From positions 372,001 through 436,000 of the forward strand of contig OY253678.1 in assembly GCA_958009085.1 (NCBI GenBank): a stretch of DNA of 64,000 nucleotides. Reading direction: 5' to 3'. Shown here one piece after another: positions 35,401 to 46,862 of the stretch. The stretch is from Protoeuglena noctilucae (lineage: Eukaryota). Under the pieces are notes generated by a model. That model was not told the DNA's origin, made no database searches, and saw nothing but the letters and a program-made list of their open reading frames with translations. The position numbers and the translations under genes are program-made. The stretch's first letter is position 1. Each line of letters begins with the position of its first letter.

Positions 35401-38400
35401 GCCAGCACCTCCCCCGCCTCCTCCACCCCAGGACGCCGGCCCCAGTCGCCCATCGCCCCGTCGTACCTCTCGCAGCACTCCCGGAACACGCACACCAGCA
35501 TGGCCTCCGGGCTTCCCGTGGGACCCTCTTCATGACCCGCGCAACGCCCCACTTGCGTGTCCTCGCCACACACCCCGGCCAAGAGCGACAGGACCCACCC
35601 CGCCGCCCGGCCGCGCAACTGCGGCGCCCACGCCGCTGCGCCGTCCCTGCCGTCGCCGAGCCGCAGAAGGGCGCGCAGGACTGCCAGCACGGTGCCTGCC
35701 GTCGAACGGAAGTGCCTCGACACCTCGTGATAAGACTGTAAGTCCCTCCCCCCGCCCGCGTCCCCCTCATCCCCGCTCTCCTCGTCGCTGCGTTCAGTCC
35801 CGCCCCGTCGGACGTCCACCACGGCACTCGCGCACACGCTCAGCACCTCCTCCGCTGCCGCTCTTGCCTCTGCACTGACGCCCCCCATGCCCTGCCGGAC
35901 CGCCATCCCTGACAGCAGCTCCATGTAGACCCACTCCCTTGTCGCACTGGGACTCTCTCCCGACCCGGCCCCGCCCCTCCGTGCTTGGTCGGGATGCACA
36001 GCTCCCTGGGTCTCGACGAACTCTACGCCAAACACGACATCTGGGCCCAGCGCGTCCACGATGCCTTTGACCGCCACAGCGGCTGACCAGTACTCAGGAG
36101 AGCGCATTGCCACCTTCCGCGCACCCGCGTCCGTCGCCGGAGCGACGCCAGCACCATCGGCATGCGGCCGGGCGAACACAGGCCAGGGACCCAGGCAGTC
36201 CCTGCACAGGATCGCCGACAGCGTCTCGTCCACCAGCGATCGGCTCACATCGTCGGGCACGTGTCCATTGCCCAGGGTGGCCACCGACTGCACCGCCTCT
36301 GCCAGCCGCCTCGCTGTTCCGGGGTCCGTGAGGGCACCACCAGGCGACGCCCGGAGAGATGAGGCAAACAGACCGGCGAGGGACGCGAGGGCGTCGCGGT
36401 GGATGCCGCGGACGAGGCTCACTCGCGCCTCGACCGGCAAACGCTCCTGGGCAGCCCCCATCACCCTCACCAGCAGGTCCCCCTGCCCACTGCCCACCCA
36501 CGCTTGCCGGGCGGCGGCGGCGGCGAGGCTCCCGACCGTCATGGCCCGCTCTTGCGGCAGCGTCCCGGTCAGCATCACTGCCTGAGACGCAGACTCGAAC
36601 GCTGCGACATCAGACGGCGTCACGACGAGAGACCCCGCCAGCGCAGCGCTCAGCAGGCCAGCAGCGGTGGCAGAGCTGGTGGCGGCAGCTGCGTCGCCCG
36701 ACGCGGCCGTCGCCAGCAGCGACGACACCAGCGGCTCCGCGACCGCAGCGGCGACGCCCCACGTGCGCACGGCAGCTGCGGTTGCGATCGTCACTGCCCC
36801 AACTCCGCTGTCCGCCCGCAAGGCCTCCGCCAGCCGGTCCGCGAGCTGGGCGACGGCGGCGTGCGACAGCGCCCCAGCAGCCAGCAGCGCGCAGATGACC
36901 TCCTCCTGCGTCCGGTCGGTGAACTTGCGTGGCGAGAAAGGCAGCGAGAGGGCCAGGGCATCCGTCTGGTCGTGCCGGAGCGCCTCGCCCGCCGCGGAGA
37001 GGCCCGCGCGGAGCAACTGGAGCAGCACGCGCATGGCACGCTGTTCCAGGGGGTGCTCGCGCAGCTGGCGGAGCAGGTCGGGCCACGCGTGCGGCACGGG
37101 ACCCAGGAAGAGCGCCACGAGGAGCTCCGCCGCGGCCGCCGATGACGGAGAGCGCATGTCCGGGGCCTCCACGAGGCGGACTAGGAGCGATGCCGCGAAG
37201 GTCGCGGCTGCGGGGGCGGCCGCGCCAGCACGCACGAGGCCGGCGGCCATAGTGAGCGTGTCGGCGGGTCCCGCACCCTCGGACGCCAGTCGTTCCAGGG
37301 ACGCCACCGCCGCGGCGACCGCCGGGTCCGCGAGCTCACGCAGCACGCGCTCGCGTGTGCCGCCCTCCACCGCCGCCAGCAGGGTCGACAGGAGGCGCTT
37401 CCACACCCGCGCGACGGGCACGTCGCCGTCCCGTTGCAGGGCCTCGGCGCTGGGTGCTCGGGCGCGCGCTGCGTCGATGAACGCGTCCGCCACCCTTCCC
37501 GCTCCGCCACGGCCCCTCTCCGCCGCCTCCAGCACCGCCGCCGCCGCGCGGGCCAGGATGTCCGTTGCGATGTCCCACTGCCCGGGCAGCGACCCAGCCC
37601 CCGACGATCCCAGCGCGGCGTCCATGCACGGCTTCGCGAGAAACGCCAAGGCGGCCGCGGCGCCCTCCTCGTCGTCGGCCCGCGCCAGAAACTTCACGCA
37701 CTCGACCAGCGCCTGCGACATGGCCTCCCGCGCCGCAGAGGACGACTCGTTCACTGCAAGGAGAGGAATGACTGAATGAAATGCGCTTGCTCTCCTCTGC
37801 ATGCTTTTTGAATCCCAGGGAGTCTGTCAGACGTGCTGAGCAGGACAAACTCGACTCTTCCATTAACGCAGGTAGCAACCATTCCACACCTGTCCCATGA
37901 AGCAACGCCTCCAGGATCTGCCGGCACACGGACCCTGTGCGGATGGCCTGAGGCATCACGGCGAGGAGCGGCAGCACGGCCGGGGCCAGCTGCAACGCCC
38001 CGCCCGCAAACCCTCCCCGTGCCGCCGCCACGAGCTTTGGTAGAAGGGTCTTGTGGACCGACCCAGCGTGCGTCCAGATCTCCGGGTACTGGTGGCACAC
38101 CGCCAGCACCATCTCCGCCATCGCCCCACGCGACGCCTGCATATGCGGCGAGGGCACAGCGTGTGCGTTACTCCACGCCCCGCGCAGCCTCGGCGCGGGT
38201 AGCACAGCGCGCCCCTCGCAGCGCAGCCGCTGGGTTGCTCAGCTCGCACCGAACTTTGGTCGCCGATGGACCCGAGGATGAGCCCCGCCGTCTGGGGCAG
38301 CAAGCCCGCGAGCGTTTCTGGCATCCCCAACTGCGCGGCCATGCGGAGCACCAAGTGGTACCCCGCGGCGCGCACGCTGTCGGAGGGGGACCCGAGCGCA

Positions 38401-39446
38401 GTGCGGAACACGGAGGGAGACCCGAGAGCGCCCTCCAGGCGCGCCGCGAGTGCCTGGGAGTGCTTGTCGGGGGCGTCCGCGCTCACGCGGGCGCGCAAGG
38501 CCCCAGCGCGGTCCACGAGGTCCGCAAACGCCACCAGCGCCTGCGTCACGGCGCGCTCGTGTCTGCAGGAAGGTGGCACACGAGGCGGGTAGCTGGGTGA
38601 CCCTCGCAGGGGCCATGGGTCAGCGCACGTGGGCCTTCCGCAGCCAATCTGGAAACTCACCGCTCCGCGAGCTCCTCCGGCGTCTCCTTCTTGTCGTCCC
38701 CCAGGTCCGCGGGAGAGCTCTCGACGATCTCCGCGAGGAAGGCGACGATGGGCTCGGCCAGGCGAGTCACCGCGTCGTCGCCCTTGGGCCCAGGAAAGGC
38801 CGTGGCGAGGGCCGTGCGGGCGAGCTCGCGGGCCTCCCGGTGGGGATCGTGGGTCGAGAAGAACCAAGGCCCGATGAGCCGACGGAGGCACGGCGCGAGG
38901 CGACGCCCTAGCGTGGCGGCCAGGTCGCCCATCACGGCCGCTGCCTCACCACGCACGTTGCGCACGTTGTCCATCACGAGACGGCGGTAGGAGCAGGCCC
39001 AGGGAAGCAGCGCCCCTGCCACGGCGTCTTCACCACGGGCCGGCAGGGCTTGCCTGCGCGTGGGCCAGGCAGACGAGAGCGTGACGTGCGCCAGCCGAGG
39101 CCAGGGACACACTACAGCGGCTGAGCGCGGGGTCTCGACCCTCCGAAGCTGCCAACGCAGCTCACCGCAGCGACTGCAGTGCCTTGAGGCGCGTGTTGAT
39201 GTCGCGCTTGGCCAGACGGCGGATGTGTTGCGCCAGCTCGGGGTCGAGGTCTTGGATGGCGAGCGCCTCCTGGCCTCCGGACGCGTGCAAACCGACCACG
39301 TCGGAGGATGGGGACGGCGCGAGGGGCTGGGCGCCGGAGAAACCGCCGAACCCCATTCCCGCGCTGAAGGTTGCGGCCGCAGACCCGACGCGCTCCGCGG
39401 CCTTGGCCGAGCTGCTGGCCGTAAGGCCTTTCCTGTCTCGCCCCAT
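32453..39446 (-). CDS. LTN1: E3 ubiquitin-protein ligase listerin (ribosome quality control)
   Basis: N-terminus MGRDRKG...SSSAKAAE...GFGGF...RRLAKRDINTRLKALQSL, YRRLVMDNVRNVR, IGPWFFSTHDP. Long HEAT region, RWD-like IDLRIKLPECWPLK, and C-terminal RING EPCLICCSVLH...CKTCNQAFHGSCLFKWFRSGGKSNCPHCQSPW*. Confidence 0.93.
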
Positions 39447-39794
39447 GTCGATGACGTCAAGCTCTCACTATCCAGCCAAACACATTCGTGTCCCGACGGG
39501 CGCTGTCGGGTCGGTGTGCAGCGCGGCACGGGATGGCACGCAGCAATGGCCAGCAGCCTGTTGGGATCCGGCAGGGCACCGTCCGCCCTTCTCCGTGAAC
39601 GTTGGCGACTGGGCGTGCCGATGGGCGCGGAGATTCTCGAGAGAAGGCACCAGACGTGTCAGAATTCTCGTTCCAATCCACAGCTGCACCTGCGTCGCAG
39701 TTCGGCGGCAATCTGTTCCTTTTCTCGGCGAGACGAAGGCACCGCGCATTGGCAGCCAGGAAGTCCATCGCTGAGCAGGGGTCGCGAGGACCCG

Positions 39795-41343
39795 ATGTCG
39801 GTGAGCTGCGGCCCCCGTGCCGGTCGCCTTTGCCATGTCGTGTATTACGGGGATGTTTGCTCGATTGCGCGGGCGCCCTCGCGCACCATTGGGGACGTCT
39901 CTGCCGCACGAGGGCCCGGGCGGCCGCCCGAAGGCGCCCCAACCGTTCTTCTGCGTGCAGCAGGACGAGGAGTCCAAACCCGTGGAGGTCACGGAGGACG
40001 ATGTGGCCAGCGCGCTGGAGGGGCTGAAGAAGAAGGTGCGCTGAAGCACGCGGGGGCGGCTCGGCGCGCCGCGACCCGGCCGATTGCAGGCGGGGCCTTG
40101 AGTCCGTTTCGCTCGATTCCGGCAACGCGTCTTGTCCTCCTGGATGCTCCTGCTCCTCACGCGCGTGACCCTAGGGGCCCCGGCATCGCTTTCGCAGAAG
40201 AAGAAGGACAAGGCGCCCAAGATGGAGGCGATGGGGGAGGACGAGGCGGTCGAGGAGACGGAAGATGTGGAGAACTTGCTTGGGGAGATGATGGCGAAGA
40301 AGAAGAGTGAGCGGGCGACGGAGGGAGCGGTGTCTGGCCGCCCGTTTGCGTCCCTGGCCCCCGCGATCCGCCGGCCGCCCTATGCCGTCGTCTCCGCGCT
40401 CCGTGAATGACACATTTGCCGTGTCTTCCTCTTCCTGCAGAGAAGGAGAAGAAGAAGCTGGATTTGGAGGCGGAGGGGGCGCTGGTGGACGCCGAGCAGG
40501 AGTCGGAGGCGCTGGGGTCTTGGGAGGAGTCGGACCGGGACTACACGTACGAGGAGCTGTTGGATCGGGTGTACGGGATCCTGCGCGAGCGGAATCCGGA
40601 GCTGACGGGGGAGAAGAAGCGGACCATCTTGAAGCCGCCTGAGGTGCGGCGGCGCTGCGCTGGGGGGCTGCGCCAGGGACCGCGGAAACCGCAATCGCGC
40701 TCTGGTCGAAGCTGATATATTTTATTAATCCGCAGGTGGCTCGTGAGGGGACAAAGAAGACGGCGTTCAGCAACTTCATGGAGCTGGTGGAGCTGATGAA
40801 GCGCAACCACGAGCACGTCATGTCCTTTATCCTCGCCGAGGTGCGATCTCTCGTTGGCATCGAAGCTTTTATGTAGTTTGTCTCGCTTGGCGTTCAATCT
40901 GGTTTTGGTGTCTTTGTCTTGGTGCCTTCGTGCGCCGCTTGGCCCGGCCCTCGCTCACCGCACACCCGGTTGGCTGGCTGCAGTTGGGGGCGTCGGGGTC
41001 GATCGATGGGAAGCAGAGGCTTATCGTCAAGGGGCGGTTCCAGCCCAAGTCCATCGAGAACGTGCTGAGGAAGTACATGATCGAGTACGTGCTGTGCTCC
41101 CTGTGCAAGAGCAACGACACGGGTGCGGCGCCACCTGGGCAGCGTGCTTGCCAACTCACGCGTAGCGTGCGCTGTGCATGCTGACCAGGCCCAACTGCGT
41201 TCTCATCCGCAGAGCTGGAGAGGGAGCAGGCGACTCGTCTGATGTACATGCAGTGCAAGCAGTGTGGGGCGAGGCGGTCGGTCGCTCCCATCAAGGGCGG
41301 GTTCTCCGCCCGTGTCACGTCCCGCCGGCAGGAGCGCAAGTGA
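39795..41343 (+). CDS. EIF2S2: Eukaryotic translation initiation factor 2 subunit beta
   Basis: Lysine boxes, [44 protein letters not shown], and zinc ribbon YVLCSLCKS...[12 protein letters not shown]. Predicted 6-nt first coding exon ATGTCG|gtgag. Confidence 0.93.
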
Positions 41344-41787
41344 GCGCACGCCGTGGGCCCAGCGCCGCGCGGCGCCCGCAACAATGTGCGTGGGCTGGTT
41401 GCGGTCTCGTCTCGGGCGGGCATCTTGAAGGCCGGTGCCAGAAACGGGGGGGGATTCAACTGAGATCCAGCGCTGCCACAGTCATTGCAATTCGCAAGCG
41501 CACTGCGCACGCCTGCCGTGCCGCTTGCGGGAATGGCGCGTCTATGAGATGAAAGGCCGTCGCCCTGCTCCCGGTGCGTGGGACACGTCAATCAATCAAT
41601 CAGCCGCTGGCGTCCGGTGGACAAGCTAGCCCGTGGGCCGGGAAAACGGCTAGGAACGGCCTGCAAAAGAGCGCGCGTCTCGTGGCCAAAAATTGAGGAA
41701 TGCAGTGCGGGACGCCGCGCCGGGTGGCCCAGCCGTGGCCTGAAGAAAAGTGCTCGCGTCAGGGTTTGTCCACAACCCGCACCACTC

Positions 41788-44159
41788 ACTGAGGTGCGCT
41801 GTGTTCTGGCCCCCCGGGTGCAGCCACCTCCGCCAGCGCTCCGAGGCCCGGACTCTGCAGCGACGACATCGCTTGCGACGTTGCTGGACATTCACCCGGT
41901 GCGCGTATCCGTCTCTTCGGGCGCAGTGCCATAGCCCGCGCAGCATCCGAGCGAAGCGGCAGAGGGCCTCACCGCTGCGCTCCCGAAGCCGTTGAGGGCG
42001 GGGCTCTTGGCCGCAACTCGTTGCAGGTCAGCCGCCCCCAGGTAGCCGCCGTGCGCCGACAGGAACGCGCCGAGCCCGCGGAAAATGTCGGGGTGAAGAG
42101 CAGCCCCCCCCCCTGCCCCCTCAAGTCCCCCCGCACCCAGCACGTCCAGGGGACCCGGGCCTGGCACAGGGCCTCCTGGGCCAAACCCGCCTGCGCTCCC
42201 GCCAGCCCGGAGGCCCTCCGCCTGCGACGCTCGCATGACGCGGCGGAGCACCTCCATCATGGGGCCCACGGGCGCGCGCCAGGCTGGGCCGCTGCCGGAG
42301 CCCGGGCCCCACCCTGCGCCATTGGGGCCATCCAGTGGGGCGGCGACCCCGCTGCCTGAGACGTCCGCGGGCGGCCGGGGCCCGGGGGGACCCCCACGCG
42401 GGCCCGCGAACTCAGCGGCGCCAGCAGGTGGCGCATACGAGGGGCCGGCGCGACCGAGGGACTCCGCCACACCGCCGGGACCCTGAGGGGCCGGAGGCGG
42501 GGGCGCCGCCACGCCCTCGCGGCCCGTGGGCTGCGCCGAAGGCCCCTCCCATCCCATGCGCGAGGGCATCCACTGCCGCGTGCCTTCCAGGGCGTGCGTG
42601 AACGGGAGCGTGTCGGCCGACGCCGTCGCGCCGACCTTCTCGTCCCGCGAGGCGCGCGACATGGTCGAAAGTGGAGTCCGGCGGTAGAACTCGCGGGCCC
42701 ACGAATTCTGCAGACGCGACGGCCAGCAGTGTCAGCACTCCGCGACGACCGCCCTGCTGCGGCCCCCACTCATGCCGAGCGCAGCTAGCAGCTCCCCGCC
42801 CAAGTCTCACCATGGGATCCTCCGACAGGCCCTCGAGGCCCAGGGACGGTATGGGAGCCCCGTGGGCTGGCGGCACAAGCTCGTGGTGGGACGCGTAGGG
42901 CAGCATGGCAGCCTCGGGGTACTCCGCGAGGACCTCGTGGACCGAGTTGTGCCATAACCGAGACACGTCCTCGAGCTCCGAGAGGCGGTCGGTCGCCAGG
43001 GACGGACGGGCGCCGCGGCGGAGCGCCACCCCAAGCGCGGCGGGGCCCAAGGCCCGGGACTGGGCGAGGTCGAAGCGGGGCGGCAGGGCGTTGAAGAACG
43101 GAGCCATACTCGGGGGCAGAGGAGGGGGCATGAAGTGGGACCCGAAGTGCGACCCGCGCGGCGGTGGCAGCCCCGCGGTGGAGGCCGGGGTCTGCTCGGG
43201 GTCCACGCGCGGGCGCTTGGGGGCGCGTGACCCCGCCGGGAGCGGCCCGGGGTCGGCGTGAGCGGGAGGGCGTTTGGACGCGCCCGTGGACGCCCGCGTC
43301 TCGACGGCCGCGTCCACGAAGAGGCCCAGGTCCCCGGGGAGGTCCCCCGGGCGCGGGTTGTCCGCCATGGCGGCGGCCATGGCGGCCATGGCCTGCATCC
43401 GGCTGTCGTCCGGGACGCCCTGGGGGAGAGCCGCGGGGCGCGGCAGGACCGCGCGGGCCTGGGCGACGGGAGGGGACACGGGCCGGGCCGCCGCGGCTGA
43501 GGGGCCCGCGCGGGGCCCGCGGGGCCCCGGTGACCGGCTCAGGAGCTCCAGCTGCCCCGGCCTCGTCCTGAGGTACATGATCAGGTCCGCCCTGTAGTCG
43601 GGCGTGTGCGGCACCGTCGCCTCCCAGGCAGCCAGGCGCCGTTCGAGTTCCGCCTGCGAGCGCGGGATCGGCCCCGGCCCGCGTCGCCCCTTGCGCGCGT
43701 GCGCGCACTCCCGGCAATGCCACCGACGCGCACGGCCGCGCAGGCCCTCACCCGGAGCTCCGGGTGGTTCAGGCGCGGCGCCTCGCCCATGCTGCCGTAA
43801 ATGTGCTTGTAGACGAACAGCTGCACGATATCATGGGCCATGCAGGCCTCCTCCTCCGTGTGAAAGGTGCCCACATGCTCCTGGCGGCCCTGCGAGGGCG
43901 GCGCGGGCTCGCGCGGGGAGAATGAGACGTGTGCGAGGGCCGTTTCGCGAGCCGCGAGCCCAGGCCGCGCCGCGCCTCCCCGGCGTCACGCCCCGTCCCG
44001 GAAGAGAGGTGCGGAACATGCGAGCCGGCGGGCTGCGGCGCGCACCTTGGCGCTGGCCCCAGACCCGGCGGCCTTCTGCGACAACCAGATGTGCGCCTGC
44101 CACCTGCCCCTGGCCTTGGACACCCCCACGATGCGCATCTGGGACGCCGCTTTCGCCAT
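41788..44159 (-). CDS. AP2/ERF-like DNA-binding protein with long low-complexity C-terminus
   Basis: Spliced IVGVSKARGRWQAHIW...GRQEHVGTFHTEEEACMAHDIVQL...PRLNHP resembles the AP2 domain (GV...GRWEAHLW...LGxFxTEEEAARAYD...LNF). The 3' end is uncertain (41892 or 41788). Confidence 0.72.
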
Positions 44160-44829
44160 CACTTCCCCGGATGCGATCCCGCGCGCGCGCACGCGCGGCG
44201 GGATGCCTGCGGTGACTCAGAGAACGAGCAAAGGTTCGCAAGGTTCCCCTCGGGCCAGAGGGCGAGAGGGTGCCCAATGGTGTCGGGTAGGGGGGCCACG
44301 CTCCAAATTAAGGCTCTTGACATACTGTCCGCTCTCTCAAGCGGCCGCGGCGTCGCGCAGCGGCCTCCCGCGGCGGCAAGGTCCGGACCCTGCCCGAGGG
44401 CGAATCCGCCGAGCCGTGCGCGCGGCCAGATCCCTCCCCAGCAAAACATGCATCACGACATCGCCCTCGCAAAGGCTCCGGGCCCCCGTGCGCGCCACGG
44501 GCAGCCCGGGATCCCATCCCGTGCTCCCGGGGGGGCGGGGATGCTGCAGGGAAGCACTCCTGACACAGATTTTCTCGGCAGGTCCAAGGCACGTACCTTG
44601 GCGCGCGCGGGTCCCAGTTCCGAGGCTCCGGCCGAAAACCGCGGGATATTGAGACGGCCTGTGCGCGCCAACGCTGCCGCATAGAGCAATGCGCGGCAAA
44701 AGGCGTCGGGACGCTCGGAGGCTGCGGTTCTCGCGGCTCCCTGTATGCCCTGCCCGAGCACTGTCGGAAACCCTCGGGGGGGGCCGAAAGCCTATCTATT
44801 CGCCAAAAAGTGTCGCGCTCGAGCGACGA

Positions 44830-46056
44830 TCAGGCAGCGGCGCCCACGGCTGTCGCGAGGGCGCCGCTCGCCAGTGCTCGCCGGACCGTGTGCTGCCTCA
44901 GCACGTCCGCCATGAACCGTGCCACGGCGCGGCAGCCCTCGGCTGCCAGGTCCATCACGCCCTGCGCGCACGTCTCCGCTCTCGCGTTGCCGGCTCCCTA
45001 TCTCTGCACAGCACATCGCATGCAGGGGCCTGTCATGCCTCACCTCGACGTTGTCCAGGAGAATCTTGTTGTCGCTAGCCATCGCGACGACGTCCTCGGA
45101 CCCGGGGCTGAAGGCCATCGTGATCTCGGGCCCGCCCGCCATGTCCTCCTGCCCGTTCATGTCGAGCACCGCGGTCCCTGCGGGTCCATTCCACGGGCTC
45201 CGACGGCGCGTGACGCGACGCCCCGGTGAAAGCTACTCATGCGGGTGCCAAAACGCAGCGCCATGCGACTTGCCTTCCAGCAGGCCAGCGCCAGTGGCCG
45301 CCATGACGTCCTTGCAAGGGATGCCGGCGTCCGCCAGGGCCAGGAAAGCGGCATTGAGGGCGCAACTGCGCAAGCCGCCGTCGGCTTGGACCACCTGGAC
45401 GTGGACGTCGATCTGCGACCTGCGGCAGGTCGCACCTCGCGGCGGGCATGAGGGGCTCCGCTGGTTCACGCTCTGCCGTTCGTCTCATTGGAGTCTTGCC
45501 GGGGATCGTTCCCAACAATCGCGGCCCGCACCTTGCAAACAGGTCCACCTGGACGATCGCGCTAACCGCGTCTCTCACGAGCGACGCGACCTCGACGTTC
45601 CGGCGCTCGCCCTTGCCCCTCCACCGCCGTTCCCCAGTGCTGAAGGGCGCCTGCGGCATGGCCGGCGCGCTGTATCATCTACGATGTGTTCCTGCCCTTA
45701 ACCCACGTTTTTCCAGCATAATTCTCATGCCCCGCTCGCCTGGAGGAACTCGCACCGCACGGCGGCACGGTCCGGGAGCTCGTCCGCCCTCTTCCCAACG
45801 GGCCGCGGGCCAAACACGGCCGCCAGGACTTTCGTGTTGCCCATCTCGAACGCGGCAGACCCGTCCGGCCCATTCTGGGGGCCAGATGGAGCCGTGGTGC
45901 GGGGACGGCGATGGGCGCCCGGGCAAGCGGGCACGATGCGCGCGGCGGGAACCACTGGTGTTCACTCACCAGCACCCCCAGCTCCGCATGGAGTCTGCGG
46001 ATCTCCCTCGGCCTCCTCCCGTCCAACCTGAGGCCCTCGGGCGAGATGAATTCCAT
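44830..46056 (-). CDS. RRP41: Exosome complex component RRP41 (RNase PH fold)
   Basis: MEFISPEGLRLDGRRPREIR, DGSAAFEMGNTKVLAAVFGP, SQIDVHVQVVQADGG, ALADAGIP, VLDMNGQED. Five introns, two with GC donors. Confidence 0.93.
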
Positions 46057-46862
46057 TCCGCGCGGCCGCGACGGGCAGGGGCCTCCCCCAAGGACGGAGG
46101 AAACCCCCGCGTGCAGGCGGAGGAGCTACCCCAACCCCGTTGCTAGAATGCGACCCGTGCCCGGGACGAAGGCGCGCATGGGCAGGAGGCGGGCACTGCA
46201 ACACCTGACTGGCAGGGTCGAAGGGGCCTCCGGGAAGCGTCGTGACGCGGCTGCCGCCCTCGACATTTCACTCGAAGCAGCCGTGGACCCCTTGTTAACA
46301 TTGGCAGGCTCCGTCCCTTTTTGTCGCGTCACCCCATCGCGCTCGACGTCGCGGGTGCGCGAGAAGAGCCATCTCGCGCTTTTAGACATCGAAGAGGCCG
46401 CAGAGGCCCGGCAATGCCGTTCGCTTGCCTGTCTTTCGAAGGTGGGGTTCGGCCAGACCATGCAGAGACATGCGAGCTGCCGGGGGCTAGGAGGAGAATC
46501 CCGGAGTGGTCTCTCGAGCTGCCGTCACCTCGCGCCTTGCGAGAAGACCCCGTGGACCGTCGACGGGCGGACCTTGCCGGTCTCAGTTGGTGCTGGCCTT
46601 GCGCGGCCCCCAGCGGTGCTCCCTGGATGCACGCGGTCGCCGTCGAGTCGTGTGCGGCCCCCGACACCTCCCGAGTCGTCTCGGGACGGCAATGCGCGCC
46701 TCGCGCCTAAAGGGGTTTTCGTTTCCTGGGAATACATAGCGGGCAGGGCGCATTTCGACTCCCTCCGCTCGCCCTTGTTCCCGCCGACTCCAGTGATGCG
46801 CGCTCCGCCGCAGGGAGAGCCTGAACTCGTAACCAAGCCCAGACGCGGAGAGCTCTCGCGAG

